Source: a virus. From it: a DNA stretch of 64,000 nucleotides. Below, in pieces: positions 8,289 through 17,000 of this stretch. Position 1 is the stretch's first letter. Each line of letters begins with the position of its first letter. A program made the translations under genes and the position numbers. The notes under the pieces were generated by a model. It was given only the letters and a program-made list of their open reading frames with translations, had not been told where the DNA came from and made no database searches. The stretch covers positions 64,001 through 128,000 of the IMG/VR virus record IMGVR_UViG_3300045988_135716. One strand, written 5' to 3'.

Positions 8289-9842
8289 ATGAATTACTTA
8301 GATTTTGCATTTGTAATAGATAAAAATAATAATCCTTGTATGCCTATTTATGAAGGATATGCAGGTAAATTATTGAGAAGTAAAAAAGCAGTTATTGTAA
8401 ATCATGATCCATTAGTTGTACAAAGACACGATGAATATAATGCAGATTTAGAGTTTAGAGATAGAATTACATTAAAAGTAGATACTGGATATGAAAATAT
8501 AGGATTTTCAGTCAGTGATAGTAAACATGAATATTTATCAGGTCAAGTTAAATTGCTTAATGGAATATCTAAGAGGTTATTGGCTAGAAAAGAACATAGA
8601 GGTTGTCGTAGACAAAGATTAAGATATAGAAAAAACAAAGCCATAGACTATAAAACAGTTAATAATCCAACATATAAAAATGGGAATCAAGATGGTTGGT
8701 TAGCACCTTCAATTTTACATAGAATTAATTCGCATTTGAGATTAGTTGATAAAATTGCTTCTTGGATTCCAATTGATAAAGTGATTATTGAAACTGCGAA
8801 CTTTGATATACAGAAAATAAAAGCTATATTAAACGACAAAGAAATTGAAGGAGTCGAATATCAGTTAGGAGAAATGTATGGATTTGAAAATGTTAAACAG
8901 TATGTAAGAGAACGAGACAATTATACTTGTCAAATATGCGAAGCTGGACAAGATAAAGATAAGAAAAATGTTCCTATAGAAGTACATCATATTATTCCAC
9001 GTTCAAAAGGAGGTTCTAATAAGCCAGATAATTTAATTTCGTTATGTAAAACCTGTCATAAAAAAGTTCATATGAATAATAATGACAATGATTTATTTAG
9101 AAAATTGCAACATGATGGAGTGAAAAATACATACAAAGATGCTTCATTTATGAACATCATGAGATGGACGCTATATAATCAGTTAAAAGAAAAATATGAC
9201 GTATCTATATCATATGGTTATATAACAAAATTAAATAGACGAATGGCAAATCTGAAAAAGTACCATTATATTGATGCGTTGTGCATTTCAGATTATCATG
9301 AAATTACACTTACTAAAAATATTTATTTAGTTGAACAAAAACGATGTAATGATAGATGTATGGAATCGTTTTTTGATGCCAAATATATTGATAGTAGAGA
9401 TAATAAAATAAAGGAAGGAACTGAATTATGTAAAGTCAGAAAATCATATGCATCGAGAAGATCTACAAGAAAAGAAGATATTGAAAACAATCGTATTTTT
9501 AGAAAAGAAAAAGTTGAAAAAGGAAGAAGACAATATAGATGTCATTCATATTGTTTAAAAGCAGGAGATTTAGTATATATAAATTATGGAAAACATAAAG
9601 GCAAAATAGCAGAATTTTCAACAATGAAAAAAACTCCAACTGGTTCATATCAAATAAAATTTATTTATGATGGACAAGAATGTAAATGTCCATCAATATC
9701 TATCAAACCAGAAGAGTATATTCAATTAACAACAAATCAATGTGACAAAGTAAAAATTGTACGTACTCGTAGAGGTATGATTTGGCGAAAAACTGATAGA
9801 TTAGAATATGAGTCAAACACACCTGAACAGTATAGACCTTAA
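8289..9842 (+). CDS. iscB: IscB-like RNA-guided nuclease (PLMP, split RuvC, Arg-rich bridge helix, HNH); compact Cas9-like effector
   Basis: Motifs occur in IscB/Cas9 order: NNPCMPI (PLMP), KVDTGYENIGFSV (RuvC-I), RGCRRQRLRYRKNK (RRXRR bridge helix), VIIETANFD (RuvC-II), CQIC..HHIIPRSKGGSNKPDNLISLCKTCHKKVH (HNH), HYIDALC (RuvC-III). ATG 8289 has an AGGA SD 8 nt upstream. The in-frame extension back to 8199 is probably non-coding. Confidence 0.8.
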   Translation: MNYLDFAFVIDKNNNPCMPIYEGYAGKLLRSKKAVIVNHDPLVVQRHDEYNADLEFRDRITLKVDTGYENIGFSVSDSKHEYLSGQVKLLNGISKRLLARKEHRGCRRQRLRYRKNKAIDYKTVNNPTYKNGNQDGWLAPSILHRINSHLRLVDKIASWIPIDKVIIETANFDIQKIKAILNDKEIEGVEYQLGEMYGFENVKQYVRERDNYTCQICEAGQDKDKKNVPIEVHHIIPRSKGGSNKPDNLISLCKTCHKKVHMNNNDNDLFRKLQHDGVKNTYKDASFMNIMRWTLYNQLKEKYDVSISYGYITKLNRRMANLKKYHYIDALCISDYHEITLTKNIYLVEQKRCNDRCMESFFDAKYIDSRDNKIKEGTELCKVRKSYASRRSTRKEDIENNRIFRKEKVEKGRRQYRCHSYCLKAGDLVYINYGKHKGKIAEFSTMKKTPTGSYQIKFIYDGQECKCPSISIKPEEYIQLTTNQCDKVKIVRTRRGMIWRKTDRLEYESNTPEQYRP

Positions 9843-9919
9843 TACATATCATATCTAAAACATTCTTATAAAAGATCCCAATTTTATCATAATTGAATAT
9901 ATAGAAAGAGGTGATAACC

Positions 9920-10066
9920 ATGATCCTAGTAATGCGAATAATCCTTGTACCATTATGTATCGCAAATGCGATTGTTCAGAAACGAAACACACAAAAAGTC
10001 CTCTGGTCTTGCATGGCATTATGTTGGCTTGGATTGTGTGTAGATGAAATTATGAAAATTTGGTAA
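9920..10066 (+). CDS. small hydrophobic protein (48 aa)
   Basis: AGAGGTGA SD; MILVMRIILVPLCIANAIV... membrane-like sequence; below the ORF-track size cut-off. Confidence 0.5.
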   Translation: MILVMRIILVPLCIANAIVQKRNTQKVLWSCMALCWLGLCVDEIMKIW

Positions 10067-10080
10067 AGAAAAGGAGAAAA

Positions 10081-10482
10081 ATGAGAGACAGAAGTGAATT
10101 TGGAAGAATGTATGGAATTATTTTCACCAATGATGATTATGTTGGTATGAAAAAGCTTGATGAAATTTTAAGAGAAAAGTTGGCACAAGGAATTAAGTGT
10201 GTAAGACATGACCGACTTGGATATTATTGTAATTACATTATGAAATTTTCGGATGATGATGTATGGAGAATTATTTCACCACATGACAAATCTGTGAGGT
10301 GCTTAAAATGGAATTTAGCATATATAGACGCTTATAATACTACTTTGGATGATTACATGAATATTATTATTCCTTCTGGTGATACAACAATGGTTGAAGA
10401 ACCAAAATATTTTAATTGGGATAATGAATATTTTAAAGATTTAGTTATTGGCAAACGGCAAGAATTTAAGTGGATAGAATAA
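10081..10482 (+). CDS. hypothetical protein
   Basis: The ORF opens at 10060 (TTG), but ATG 10081 follows an AAAAGGAG SD. Confidence 0.65.
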   Translation: MRDRSEFGRMYGIIFTNDDYVGMKKLDEILREKLAQGIKCVRHDRLGYYCNYIMKFSDDDVWRIISPHDKSVRCLKWNLAYIDAYNTTLDDYMNIIIPSGDTTMVEEPKYFNWDNEYFKDLVIGKRQEFKWIE

Positions 10483-10516
10483 TACGATGAAATGTGAGTT
10501 TTAGGAGTAATTAAGA

Positions 10517-10612
10517 ATGATAGAATTGATTTATAATATTATGTTAATTATGATACCTGTAATATATTTAACAAATGTTATTTACAATTGGGTTTTTAAG
10601 GAGAAGAAATGA
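10517..10612 (+). CDS. small hydrophobic peptide (31 aa)
   Basis: TAGGAG SD; MIELIYNIMLIMIPVIYLTNVIYNWVFKEKK; ATGA overlap with the next gene. Confidence 0.4.
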   Translation: MIELIYNIMLIMIPVIYLTNVIYNWVFKEKK

Positions 10613-10851
10613 AAGAGAGTCAGTGTGATAAATTATTTAACAGATTTGTAGATAGTTATAACAGTTCTAACTGGCATCCAAATGACATTAGAAGATTTCA
10701 TGAATATGTAGAATACTGTTATATGAATAATATAGATTGTTATGCTATGATTGAAAAAATTAAAAGATGCACATTTACAAAAGAAACAAAAGATATACTT
10801 ATAAGAAATGCATTAGACGTATATGAGTATTTACGAATAAAAGATATTTAA
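10609..10851 (+). CDS. hypothetical protein
   Basis: AAGGAG SD; 80-codon ORF. Confidence 0.65.
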   Translation: MKESQCDKLFNRFVDSYNSSNWHPNDIRRFHEYVEYCYMNNIDCYAMIEKIKRCTFTKETKDILIRNALDVYEYLRIKDI

Positions 10852-10954
10852 AACTTAGATGAATGACTTGTTTTATTAAAACTTGAGTTTCAAAGAAAGG
10901 AAGTGAGATACAATAAGTAAAGAATTTGAAAATGAATTTTATAAATTAGATTAT

Positions 10955-11212
10955 ATGCATAATTATATTTTGAATACTATGAATCACATACCAAGATATG
11001 TCTATGGTAAACCAAAACAATCAAAACGACTCATTAAAGAATATATGCTGAAAAATGAATATGATGAATATTTTACAGAAGAAATTAATAATGATTTTTG
11101 TGAAGGTTTTGGATGCGCAGTTGATTTAATATTTAATGAATTTTTAGATGATATTCATGAAAAATATGATCTATTAAAAAAAGGAAGATATGGAGAGAAT
11201 TATAATGGATAA
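10955..11212 (+). CDS. hypothetical protein (possible upstream ATA start at 10913)
   Basis: ATG 10955 has no SD. In-frame ATA 10913 lies 6 nt after AAGGAAGTGA. Confidence 0.6.
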   Translation: MHNYILNTMNHIPRYVYGKPKQSKRLIKEYMLKNEYDEYFTEEINNDFCEGFGCAVDLIFNEFLDDIHEKYDLLKKGRYGENYNG

Positions 11213-11615
11213 GGAGAAAGAAAAATTATCTAAAGAGATATTTCTTATTTGTAAGGGAAGATACAATTACGAAAAGTATGGTTCAGTGTTTGATGCAATG
11301 AATAAATATTATCATAAACATTATTGTGATGATATTGACATTACATATAAACTTGCCAATCAGATATTTTTATTTCCTATGGTTGAATGGATATTGGAGA
11401 ATCATAGAGATAATAAGTTGCATTCGTTTTTGTATCACATATTTAATAATAACTTATTTTGGAACGGAGAATGTAATTACGATGAGAACTTATTTAAAAA
11501 GATTTTGAGTTGGGTTGTTATAATAAATGTAAAACATTATAACGAAGAAACGGATGAATACGAATGGGTTATTGATTTATCTGATTTTGACGGAAAGGAT
11601 GTTGATTTAGAATGA
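11205..11615 (+). CDS. hypothetical protein
   Basis: The ORF opens at 11190; ATG 11205 follows a GGAGAG SD. Confidence 0.65.
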   Translation: MDKEKEKLSKEIFLICKGRYNYEKYGSVFDAMNKYYHKHYCDDIDITYKLANQIFLFPMVEWILENHRDNKLHSFLYHIFNNNLFWNGECNYDENLFKKILSWVVIINVKHYNEETDEYEWVIDLSDFDGKDVDLE

Positions 11616-11641
11616 TTAATAGTATCAAATAAGGAGAAAAT

Positions 11642-11791
11642 ATAGGTGTAGCAACACAGGTACAAGGTGCAGTTGTAGATGTATATCAACATCCAAAATT
11701 TAAAGGCATGTATGGATTTGTATATAGAGGTGAGAAGTGGACTTGTAGTGATTATGCTTTTGATAAGGAGTACAAGAGTGAAATGGATTAA
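11642..11791 (+). CDS. possible small protein with an ATA start
   Basis: 49-codon open frame (..VDVYQHPKFKGMYGFVYRGEKWTCSDYAFDKEY..) beginning 5 nt after AAGGAG. No ATG/GTG/TTG is available at the 5' end. Confidence 0.3.
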   Translation: MGVATQVQGAVVDVYQHPKFKGMYGFVYRGEKWTCSDYAFDKEYKSEMD

Positions 11792-11948
11792 GAGAAAAAT
11801 AATTATGTGGTTATTTGGATATGATTTTCCTCGATATGTGAGACAGTTCTATAAGGAACAGGATCAAGTGAGAAAATTGTACTCTGATATGCTACATGAA
11901 GAAGAAAGATTGTTAAGATGGATAAAGCTAGCAGAAGAAAAGAGGTGA
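11778..11948 (+). CDS. hypothetical protein
   Basis: GTG 11778 lies 7 nt after AAGGAG (11765-11770). The track ORF opens at 11679 without an SD. Confidence 0.5.
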   Translation: MKWIKRKIIMWLFGYDFPRYVRQFYKEQDQVRKLYSDMLHEEERLLRWIKLAEEKR

Positions 11949-11954
11949 GAATAA

Positions 11955-12560
11955 TTGAGTTACATAGGGAGTAGGGTTAAGTATATAGGCAATGTTTATG
12001 GTATGTCTTGTAAAGAAGGTATAATTATTGAAGAAAATACAGGCACTGTACAGGTTGAATTTGACAATGGGGTAATTCTTGATTTATGTAAAAAATATAT
12101 TGTAATAAACGAAAGTGAGGATAATAACATGGCAAAATTAGAAGGATATTATGCAGTAGCAGTAACAGAAGAAGGAATTGGGTATAATAAAAGAAATTAT
12201 TATTATGCGATTTTTGATGATGGTAACATATATAAAGTCGGAGATCAGGTTATAGTAAGTGGTTCAAATAATGACGTTTTGGAAATTAAAGATATTATCA
12301 CATTAGAAGAAGCAAAAGAAAAAGGAAGAAAAGATATTACTGCGGAAGTTATTTGTAAGGTTGATACATTAGCGTATGATAAACGTGTGGAAGAACGTAA
12401 AGAGAAAGTTGAACGTAAGAAAGAAGCTGATAAAATTAAGAAACAGATGGATAAAATGATTGCAGAAATGGATCAGACAAAGCGTTATGAGATGTATGCA
12501 AGTGATAATCCTGAGCTAGCAGAGAAATTAAAAGCATATAAGGAGCTGATTGGAGAGTAA
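11955..12560 (+). CDS. hypothetical protein with Lys/Glu-rich coiled-coil-like C-terminus
   Basis: TTG start after a GAGGTGAG SD; 201 codons. Confidence 0.65.
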   Translation: MSYIGSRVKYIGNVYGMSCKEGIIIEENTGTVQVEFDNGVILDLCKKYIVINESEDNNMAKLEGYYAVAVTEEGIGYNKRNYYYAIFDDGNIYKVGDQVIVSGSNNDVLEIKDIITLEEAKEKGRKDITAEVICKVDTLAYDKRVEERKEKVERKKEADKIKKQMDKMIAEMDQTKRYEMYASDNPELAEKLKAYKELIGE

Positions 12561-12561
12561 T

Positions 12562-12813
12562 ATGGAAGTCATGATAGCGATTTTAATTATAACATCTATT
12601 ATGTTGAGTATATTTTTTGTGTACAATGCTGTTGAAAGTGATGATTTGCCACATGAAACATACTTAATTATTTACAAAGATAAAAATTTGTTTGGGATAA
12701 TTACCACTACTTTATATTTGATTTTTTCAATTCCTGCACAGATAATTATATATTTATCTTATGTAATCATGGAGTTTATTGATTTGATTTATCGTTTAGG
12801 AGTAAAAAAGTAA
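12562..12813 (+). CDS. small membrane protein
   Basis: Two hydrophobic segments; the ORF opens at 12550 and ATG 12562 follows GGAGAG. Confidence 0.6.
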   Translation: MEVMIAILIITSIMLSIFFVYNAVESDDLPHETYLIIYKDKNLFGIITTTLYLIFSIPAQIIIYLSYVIMEFIDLIYRLGVKK

Positions 12814-13073
12814 TGAACAAAGAAAAGATACATAAATTTCGTAGGAAGTTAGGTTGGGTTGTTTTTCTTGGTGGGATGGTGGCAAACGTGATAATTTCAT
12901 GGGGATTTTTATTCATGAAACCCGTCTTTCATCTGTTATTTTCCATTGCAGCAGGGGTATTTTCAGTTAAATTATTGGGAATTTCACTATTAAAATGCTT
13001 TTTAGCTCCTATTGTATGGTATACATTATTATGGATTATAGAAGTAATTTTAGAATATTTGGGAGATTATTGA
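12813..13073 (+). CDS. small membrane protein
   Basis: TAATG overlap with the upstream gene; three hydrophobic segments. Confidence 0.65.
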   Translation: MNKEKIHKFRRKLGWVVFLGGMVANVIISWGFLFMKPVFHLLFSIAAGVFSVKLLGISLLKCFLAPIVWYTLLWIIEVILEYLGDY

Positions 13074-13184
13074 TAAATAAAGAGAAAGAATTAAAAGAAC
13101 ATATTGAAAAACGTATTCAGAATTATGTTTGGAAAGCTTTGACAGGAAAGAAATTAACTATTGAAGATTTAGGAGGATATAGCG

Positions 13185-13514
13185 GTGGCGGTTTTAAGAA
13201 CAGAAGATGGTAAAGAGTTGATTTTAACTTGTAGATGTGGATGTGATGATGGAATCCACTTTAAGATTGATAAGGATTTTGAAGATTATATGTATATGAC
13301 ATATACGAATGGTAATTTTTACCGTGATCAGGACAATGGATTCTTTAGAACATTAGGAAGAAAGTTACGAAAAGTTTTTGCAATCTTATTCAATCAAGAT
13401 TACTATTATGCAGAAGCAGTATTCTCTAAAGAAGATTTTGAAGAGTTTAGAGAATATATTAATAGTTTTGCAGTACATAAAGAAAACTCCACTGACGTTG
13501 TGGACAATCAGTAG
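13185..13514 (+). CDS. hypothetical protein
   Basis: GTG start 7 nt after an AGGAGGA SD. Confidence 0.65.
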   Translation: MAVLRTEDGKELILTCRCGCDDGIHFKIDKDFEDYMYMTYTNGNFYRDQDNGFFRTLGRKLRKVFAILFNQDYYYAEAVFSKEDFEEFREYINSFAVHKENSTDVVDNQ

Positions 13515-13643
13515 AGTTATTGGAATAGATCAAGACCAGTGATCTATGTAGAAAATCATATCATGTTTCTATGACTTGTTCAAGTCGATATTTCCAAGAT
13601 AATAATTAAAAATCAATATTAAATATATAGGAAGGATTATTTT

Positions 13644-13817
13644 ATGAACTCAGCATTTAGACAAATTTTAGAAAACCAGATGACAATTATGGAAGAATTA
13701 GGAGATATTAAATTTTGTGTATTAGGATTATTAAAAGGACATATCCCTGATGAATATAACAAGGCATTACTTGAAAGAATTGGGAGTACTGAAAAATTAT
13801 TAAAACAGAGAATATAG
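13644..13817 (+). CDS. small hypothetical protein (57 aa)
   Basis: AGGAAGGA SD; this plus-strand ORF is preferred over the overlapping minus-strand track ORF 13637-13825. Confidence 0.5.
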   Translation: MNSAFRQILENQMTIMEELGDIKFCVLGLLKGHIPDEYNKALLERIGSTEKLLKQRI

Positions 13818-13854
13818 TGATACATTGAATCTTGCTTTCAGGAGGTGCGATAAA

Positions 13855-14040
13855 GTGACAACAGTTGAATTTAGAAATGAATTAATAGACAGGTTGAATA
13901 ATAATGCAAGTCGTTATCACGGTGGAATTTGTAACGGAAAATATTTTCCAGAAGTAGAAACATTTGATGTTGATGAAGTTTATGAGATTATCGACAGAAT
14001 TTACTTCAATCAACCAGAAGATAATAACGAAAGTGAGTGA
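13855..14040 (+). CDS. hypothetical protein
   Basis: GTG 13855 follows a CAGGAGGTG SD; the track ORF opens at 13825. Confidence 0.6.
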   Translation: MTTVEFRNELIDRLNNNASRYHGGICNGKYFPEVETFDVDEVYEIIDRIYFNQPEDNNESE

Positions 14041-14045
14041 TTATA

Positions 14046-14693
14046 ATGTCATATTGGACTTACATAACAGGAACGATAACAGTATCTCCCATAGGGTGTA
14101 CACAAGCTCAGAAAAGGTACATTCTCGATACCGTCCTGGCACATCTACCGATAGTTTCTGGTTCAGAGAAAGATATGGATGTATATGTGATTCAGAAAAA
14201 TGGTCATAATAGTTCCTGTTCTTGTGATGAATTTGGTGAAAGAACTAATAATTTAACTGATTGGTATGGTGATAGAACAAGAAGTAGAGGAATGTTGTGT
14301 ACACAAGATGAATACATCTTAGTCGTAGACGCTGCATTAAGAGATAGAGAATTTGATCAGACATACAGAGAATTTATGAAATGGATTGTAAGATTAGGTA
14401 AAAGAGTCATGATTGATAATATTCTTGTAAAAATTAGTGGATATGATAAGTCTACAATCATCAAAGATTATTGTGTGAAAAATGAAAAATATTCATATCA
14501 GAATGTTTTCTTGAATCTATTTGAAGGTACAAGCTGGGTTAAAGAAGATGGAGAAGTTAATTGGTGTGAATATATGCTATATCCAAGAGCTAAAGATTCT
14601 GATTATCCCATGATGTTAGCTTATAAGTATTTCAATGATAAGGAAAATGATGAAGAAGTAGAGAGAAGAATGAAGTATGAGAGGGGTAAATGA
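14046..14693 (+). CDS. hypothetical protein
   Basis: ATG 14046 (the ORF opens at GTG 14037); 215 codons. Confidence 0.65.
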   Translation: MSYWTYITGTITVSPIGCTQAQKRYILDTVLAHLPIVSGSEKDMDVYVIQKNGHNSSCSCDEFGERTNNLTDWYGDRTRSRGMLCTQDEYILVVDAALRDREFDQTYREFMKWIVRLGKRVMIDNILVKISGYDKSTIIKDYCVKNEKYSYQNVFLNLFEGTSWVKEDGEVNWCEYMLYPRAKDSDYPMMLAYKYFNDKENDEEVERRMKYERGK

Positions 14694-15075
14694 AAAGTAT
14701 AAAGAGAAATATAAAACAGGAATGATATTCAGAAGTAAAAAATATCCATGGACTGATTTGGTAATTGATTTTGTTTCGTACATGAGAGGATCGGAAACAG
14801 CTTATACATTCAATATGAACTCAATTATAGACTGGGTAAGAATTAATGAAGAAGCATTCAATAAACATATCAGTGTAGCAAAAGGTATTAATTATAACAA
14901 AGTTAAAAATCATGAAGTGAGTACATTTCCATATCCATTTTTCGGTGAGATGCATCAGAAATCTATGGATAATTATATCAGAAAATATGAAATGGAATTT
15001 TGTGGTATGAGTGATAAAGAAGTTATTGTATTCAATGATGATGTTTTTGAGTATAGTTCTGGATTTAAAAAGTAA
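14677..15075 (+). CDS. hypothetical protein
   Basis: 132-codon ORF overlapping the upstream gene by 17 nt; start uncertain. Confidence 0.6.
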   Translation: MRGVNEKYKEKYKTGMIFRSKKYPWTDLVIDFVSYMRGSETAYTFNMNSIIDWVRINEEAFNKHISVAKGINYNKVKNHEVSTFPYPFFGEMHQKSMDNYIRKYEMEFCGMSDKEVIVFNDDVFEYSSGFKK

Positions 15076-15110
15076 CATCATGATAAAAATTAAAATATGG
15101 AGTACATAAA

Positions 15111-15271
15111 ATGAGCTACTGTGACGGAACCTGTAAGTATCTGAATACAAGAAAACACAAATGTGAATTGACAGGAGAAAACTCACATACATGAAATGGA
15201 GTTATGGAATCGAGTATTCAGTGCATGAACACAGAGGATTCTGTGAGAAAGATAAGGAGGACACAAAATGA
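15111..15271 (+). CDS. small Cys/His-rich protein, apparently interrupted by a -1 frameshift at an A-run
   Basis: GGAG SD. MSYCDGTCKYLNTRKHKCELTGEN stops at TGA 15192. The -1 frame from 15182 continues LTYMKWSYGIEYSVHEHRGFCEKDKEDTK to TGA 15269-15271, overlapping the next ATG. Confidence 0.4.
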
Positions 15272-15567
15272 AATTATTTAAAACAGTAGATGAGAAATTA
15301 GCAGAAATTGGATTTACAAAAGAAAAAGAAGACAAGTATGGGTGTGTATATAAAAGAAAAGATAAGAAATATAATTTTACACAAAAAGTTGTCATTGAAC
15401 ACAAAAAATCTGGTAGACATATTTTACAGTCATATGATCCAGATTTAGGAGATGATAAAGGAATTGGAAATACTTGTGTAGGACTTACAGGATACGAAAT
15501 GAAACTATTTCTTAAAAAGATGAAGCGGATGAAAATGTATTCTGGAAAGAAAGTAAGCATCGAATGA
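15268..15567 (+). CDS. hypothetical protein
   Basis: AAGGAGG SD; 99 codons. Confidence 0.7.
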   Translation: MKLFKTVDEKLAEIGFTKEKEDKYGCVYKRKDKKYNFTQKVVIEHKKSGRHILQSYDPDLGDDKGIGNTCVGLTGYEMKLFLKKMKRMKMYSGKKVSIE

Positions 15568-15572
15568 AATAA

Positions 15573-15588
15573 TGAAATTGGCATTTCA
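15573..15588 (+). repeat. Dispersed palindrome family member (TGAAAT-TGGC-ATTTCA)
   Basis: Perfect palindrome immediately 5' of the AAGGAG SD of the 15601 gene. Confidence 0.6.
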
Positions 15589-15600
15589 AAGGAGCGGAAT

Positions 15601-15837
15601 ATGTTAATTAGAAGTCAGGATAAAGAAATTTTAATCAATTTTAATAACTCACCGGCAATCAAAATCATGGAAACTAAGGGAGATGCAATAATTATCTGTT
15701 CAGATACATATGAGACGTTTGTTATTGGGAATTATTCCACCAAAGCAAAATCCCTGAAAGTATTAGATATGATTCAGGAATCCTATATAAATGGACATAT
15801 TGATTATCAGATGCCAGAAGATAGTGAGGTGGTATAA
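15601..15837 (+). CDS. hypothetical protein
   Basis: AAGGAG SD; 78 codons. Confidence 0.7.
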   Translation: MLIRSQDKEILINFNNSPAIKIMETKGDAIIICSDTYETFVIGNYSTKAKSLKVLDMIQESYINGHIDYQMPEDSEVV

Positions 15838-16278
15838 ATGAAAAATAGAGAAAAATTCGCTAAAGAAATTTTGGATATTGCTTGTAAAGGAAACCATTTT
15901 GGAGTAACAAAAGCAGGTGAAATTATTAGTTGTCATGAGACCGATTGTGAAAAATGTTTATTTAATGGTGATATTGATTGTGATATTAGTTTGGAGCAAT
16001 GGTCAGAATCAGAATATGTAGAGAAACATACAATTACATCAAAAGAAAAGGCATTTCTTGATACACTTGTACCTGACTGCAAATATATTGCAAGAGATGG
16101 TAATAATCGACTTTATATTTATGGTAAGAAACCAATACGTGAAGATAAAAGTGAATCTTGGGTATCTGATAATTCTAATTATTACTGTGCAACAAGAGAT
16201 ATGTTTGACTTTATTAAATGGGGAGACGTGGAACCTTGGAGAATTGAAGATTTAAAGAAATTAGAGGTGAGAGAATGA
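15838..16278 (+). CDS. hypothetical protein
   Basis: GAGGTGG SD; abuts the upstream stop. Confidence 0.7.
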   Translation: MKNREKFAKEILDIACKGNHFGVTKAGEIISCHETDCEKCLFNGDIDCDISLEQWSESEYVEKHTITSKEKAFLDTLVPDCKYIARDGNNRLYIYGKKPIREDKSESWVSDNSNYYCATRDMFDFIKWGDVEPWRIEDLKKLEVRE

Positions 16279-16676
16279 GTGGAGAAATGATGCAGTTTCC
16301 AAATAATATGAAACAATTTTTAAACAAATATTCATTTTTAGACAGAGAAAGAATATATACAAATGGAAGTTTATTGATTCCTACATTCAGAGCAGAACAA
16401 GCTCTTGAGTATTATGTTCCAAAATGGAATTCGATTAATAATGGTTTACCATGTATGGAATTAGTACATAAATCATCATTTAACAATACCTATGAATCAA
16501 AAAATGTTCTCATTCAAACAAAACGAGATGAAATATATTCGGCTTATTGTGTAAAAAGAGTATATAAAGACATGAAATTTAAGGAAGATATAAATTGGTA
16601 CACGCATGGAACAATGAAAGTGATGAGTAAAGTTGTTGCATGGATGCCATTACCAGAATTATATACAGGTGAGTAA
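16275..16676 (+). CDS. DUF551-like phage protein
   Basis: ATGA overlap with the upstream gene. The C-terminal VVAWMPLPELY resembles the conserved WmPLPepP end of DUF551. Confidence 0.55.
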   Translation: MSGEMMQFPNNMKQFLNKYSFLDRERIYTNGSLLIPTFRAEQALEYYVPKWNSINNGLPCMELVHKSSFNNTYESKNVLIQTKRDEIYSAYCVKRVYKDMKFKEDINWYTHGTMKVMSKVVAWMPLPELYTGE

Positions 16677-16678
16677 TT

Positions 16679-16822
16679 ATGTGTGATGATTATGAAGAAG
16701 ATCCATACGACTACTGTTATGAATGTGGTGGTTATGGTGACAATTATTATCTGGACGAAGATGGAGAATTAATCTGTAGATGTCCTGAGTGTCTGATGAA
16801 TCCTAATTCGTGGGATGATTAA
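16679..16822 (+). CDS. small zinc-ribbon protein (47 aa)
   Basis: AGGTGAG SD; CYECGG...CRCPEC Cys pairs. Confidence 0.5.
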   Translation: MCDDYEEDPYDYCYECGGYGDNYYLDEDGELICRCPECLMNPNSWDD

Positions 16823-17000
16823 TACATATCAAGTAAATTTCTATGGGTGGTCACCCAATTATTTCCAAAAACAAAGAAATATTATTTTTATCGGATAGTC
16901 ATGAATGTCCGATTTACGCAGCATTACAAAGTTTATAGAAAGGAATTTAGGTAAATTCTAGGATAAAGTAGTTGTACAACTCCCTATAAAATAAGGGAAT

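Noticed and set aside
12995-13213. 72-codon track ORF bridging 12813-13073 and 13185-13514
   Set aside because: Its 5' half overlaps the membrane-protein gene in another frame. The only start after that gene's stop region is TTG 13070, just 3 nt from the SD-like GGGAGA. A small gene in the 13074-13184 gap remains possible but is unsupported.
14821-15584. Two 123- and 133-codon minus-strand ORFs (14821-15192, 15183-15584), plus many other minus-strand track ORFs such as 38173-38514, 2033-2550 and 23258-23578
   Set aside because: They lie antisense to well-supported plus-strand genes that have SD sites. They encode low-complexity Phe/Ile/Leu/Ser-rich sequence typical of AT-rich antisense frames, and they lack SD motifs. 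Only 1111-1512 and 41349-41606 look like real minus-strand genes.
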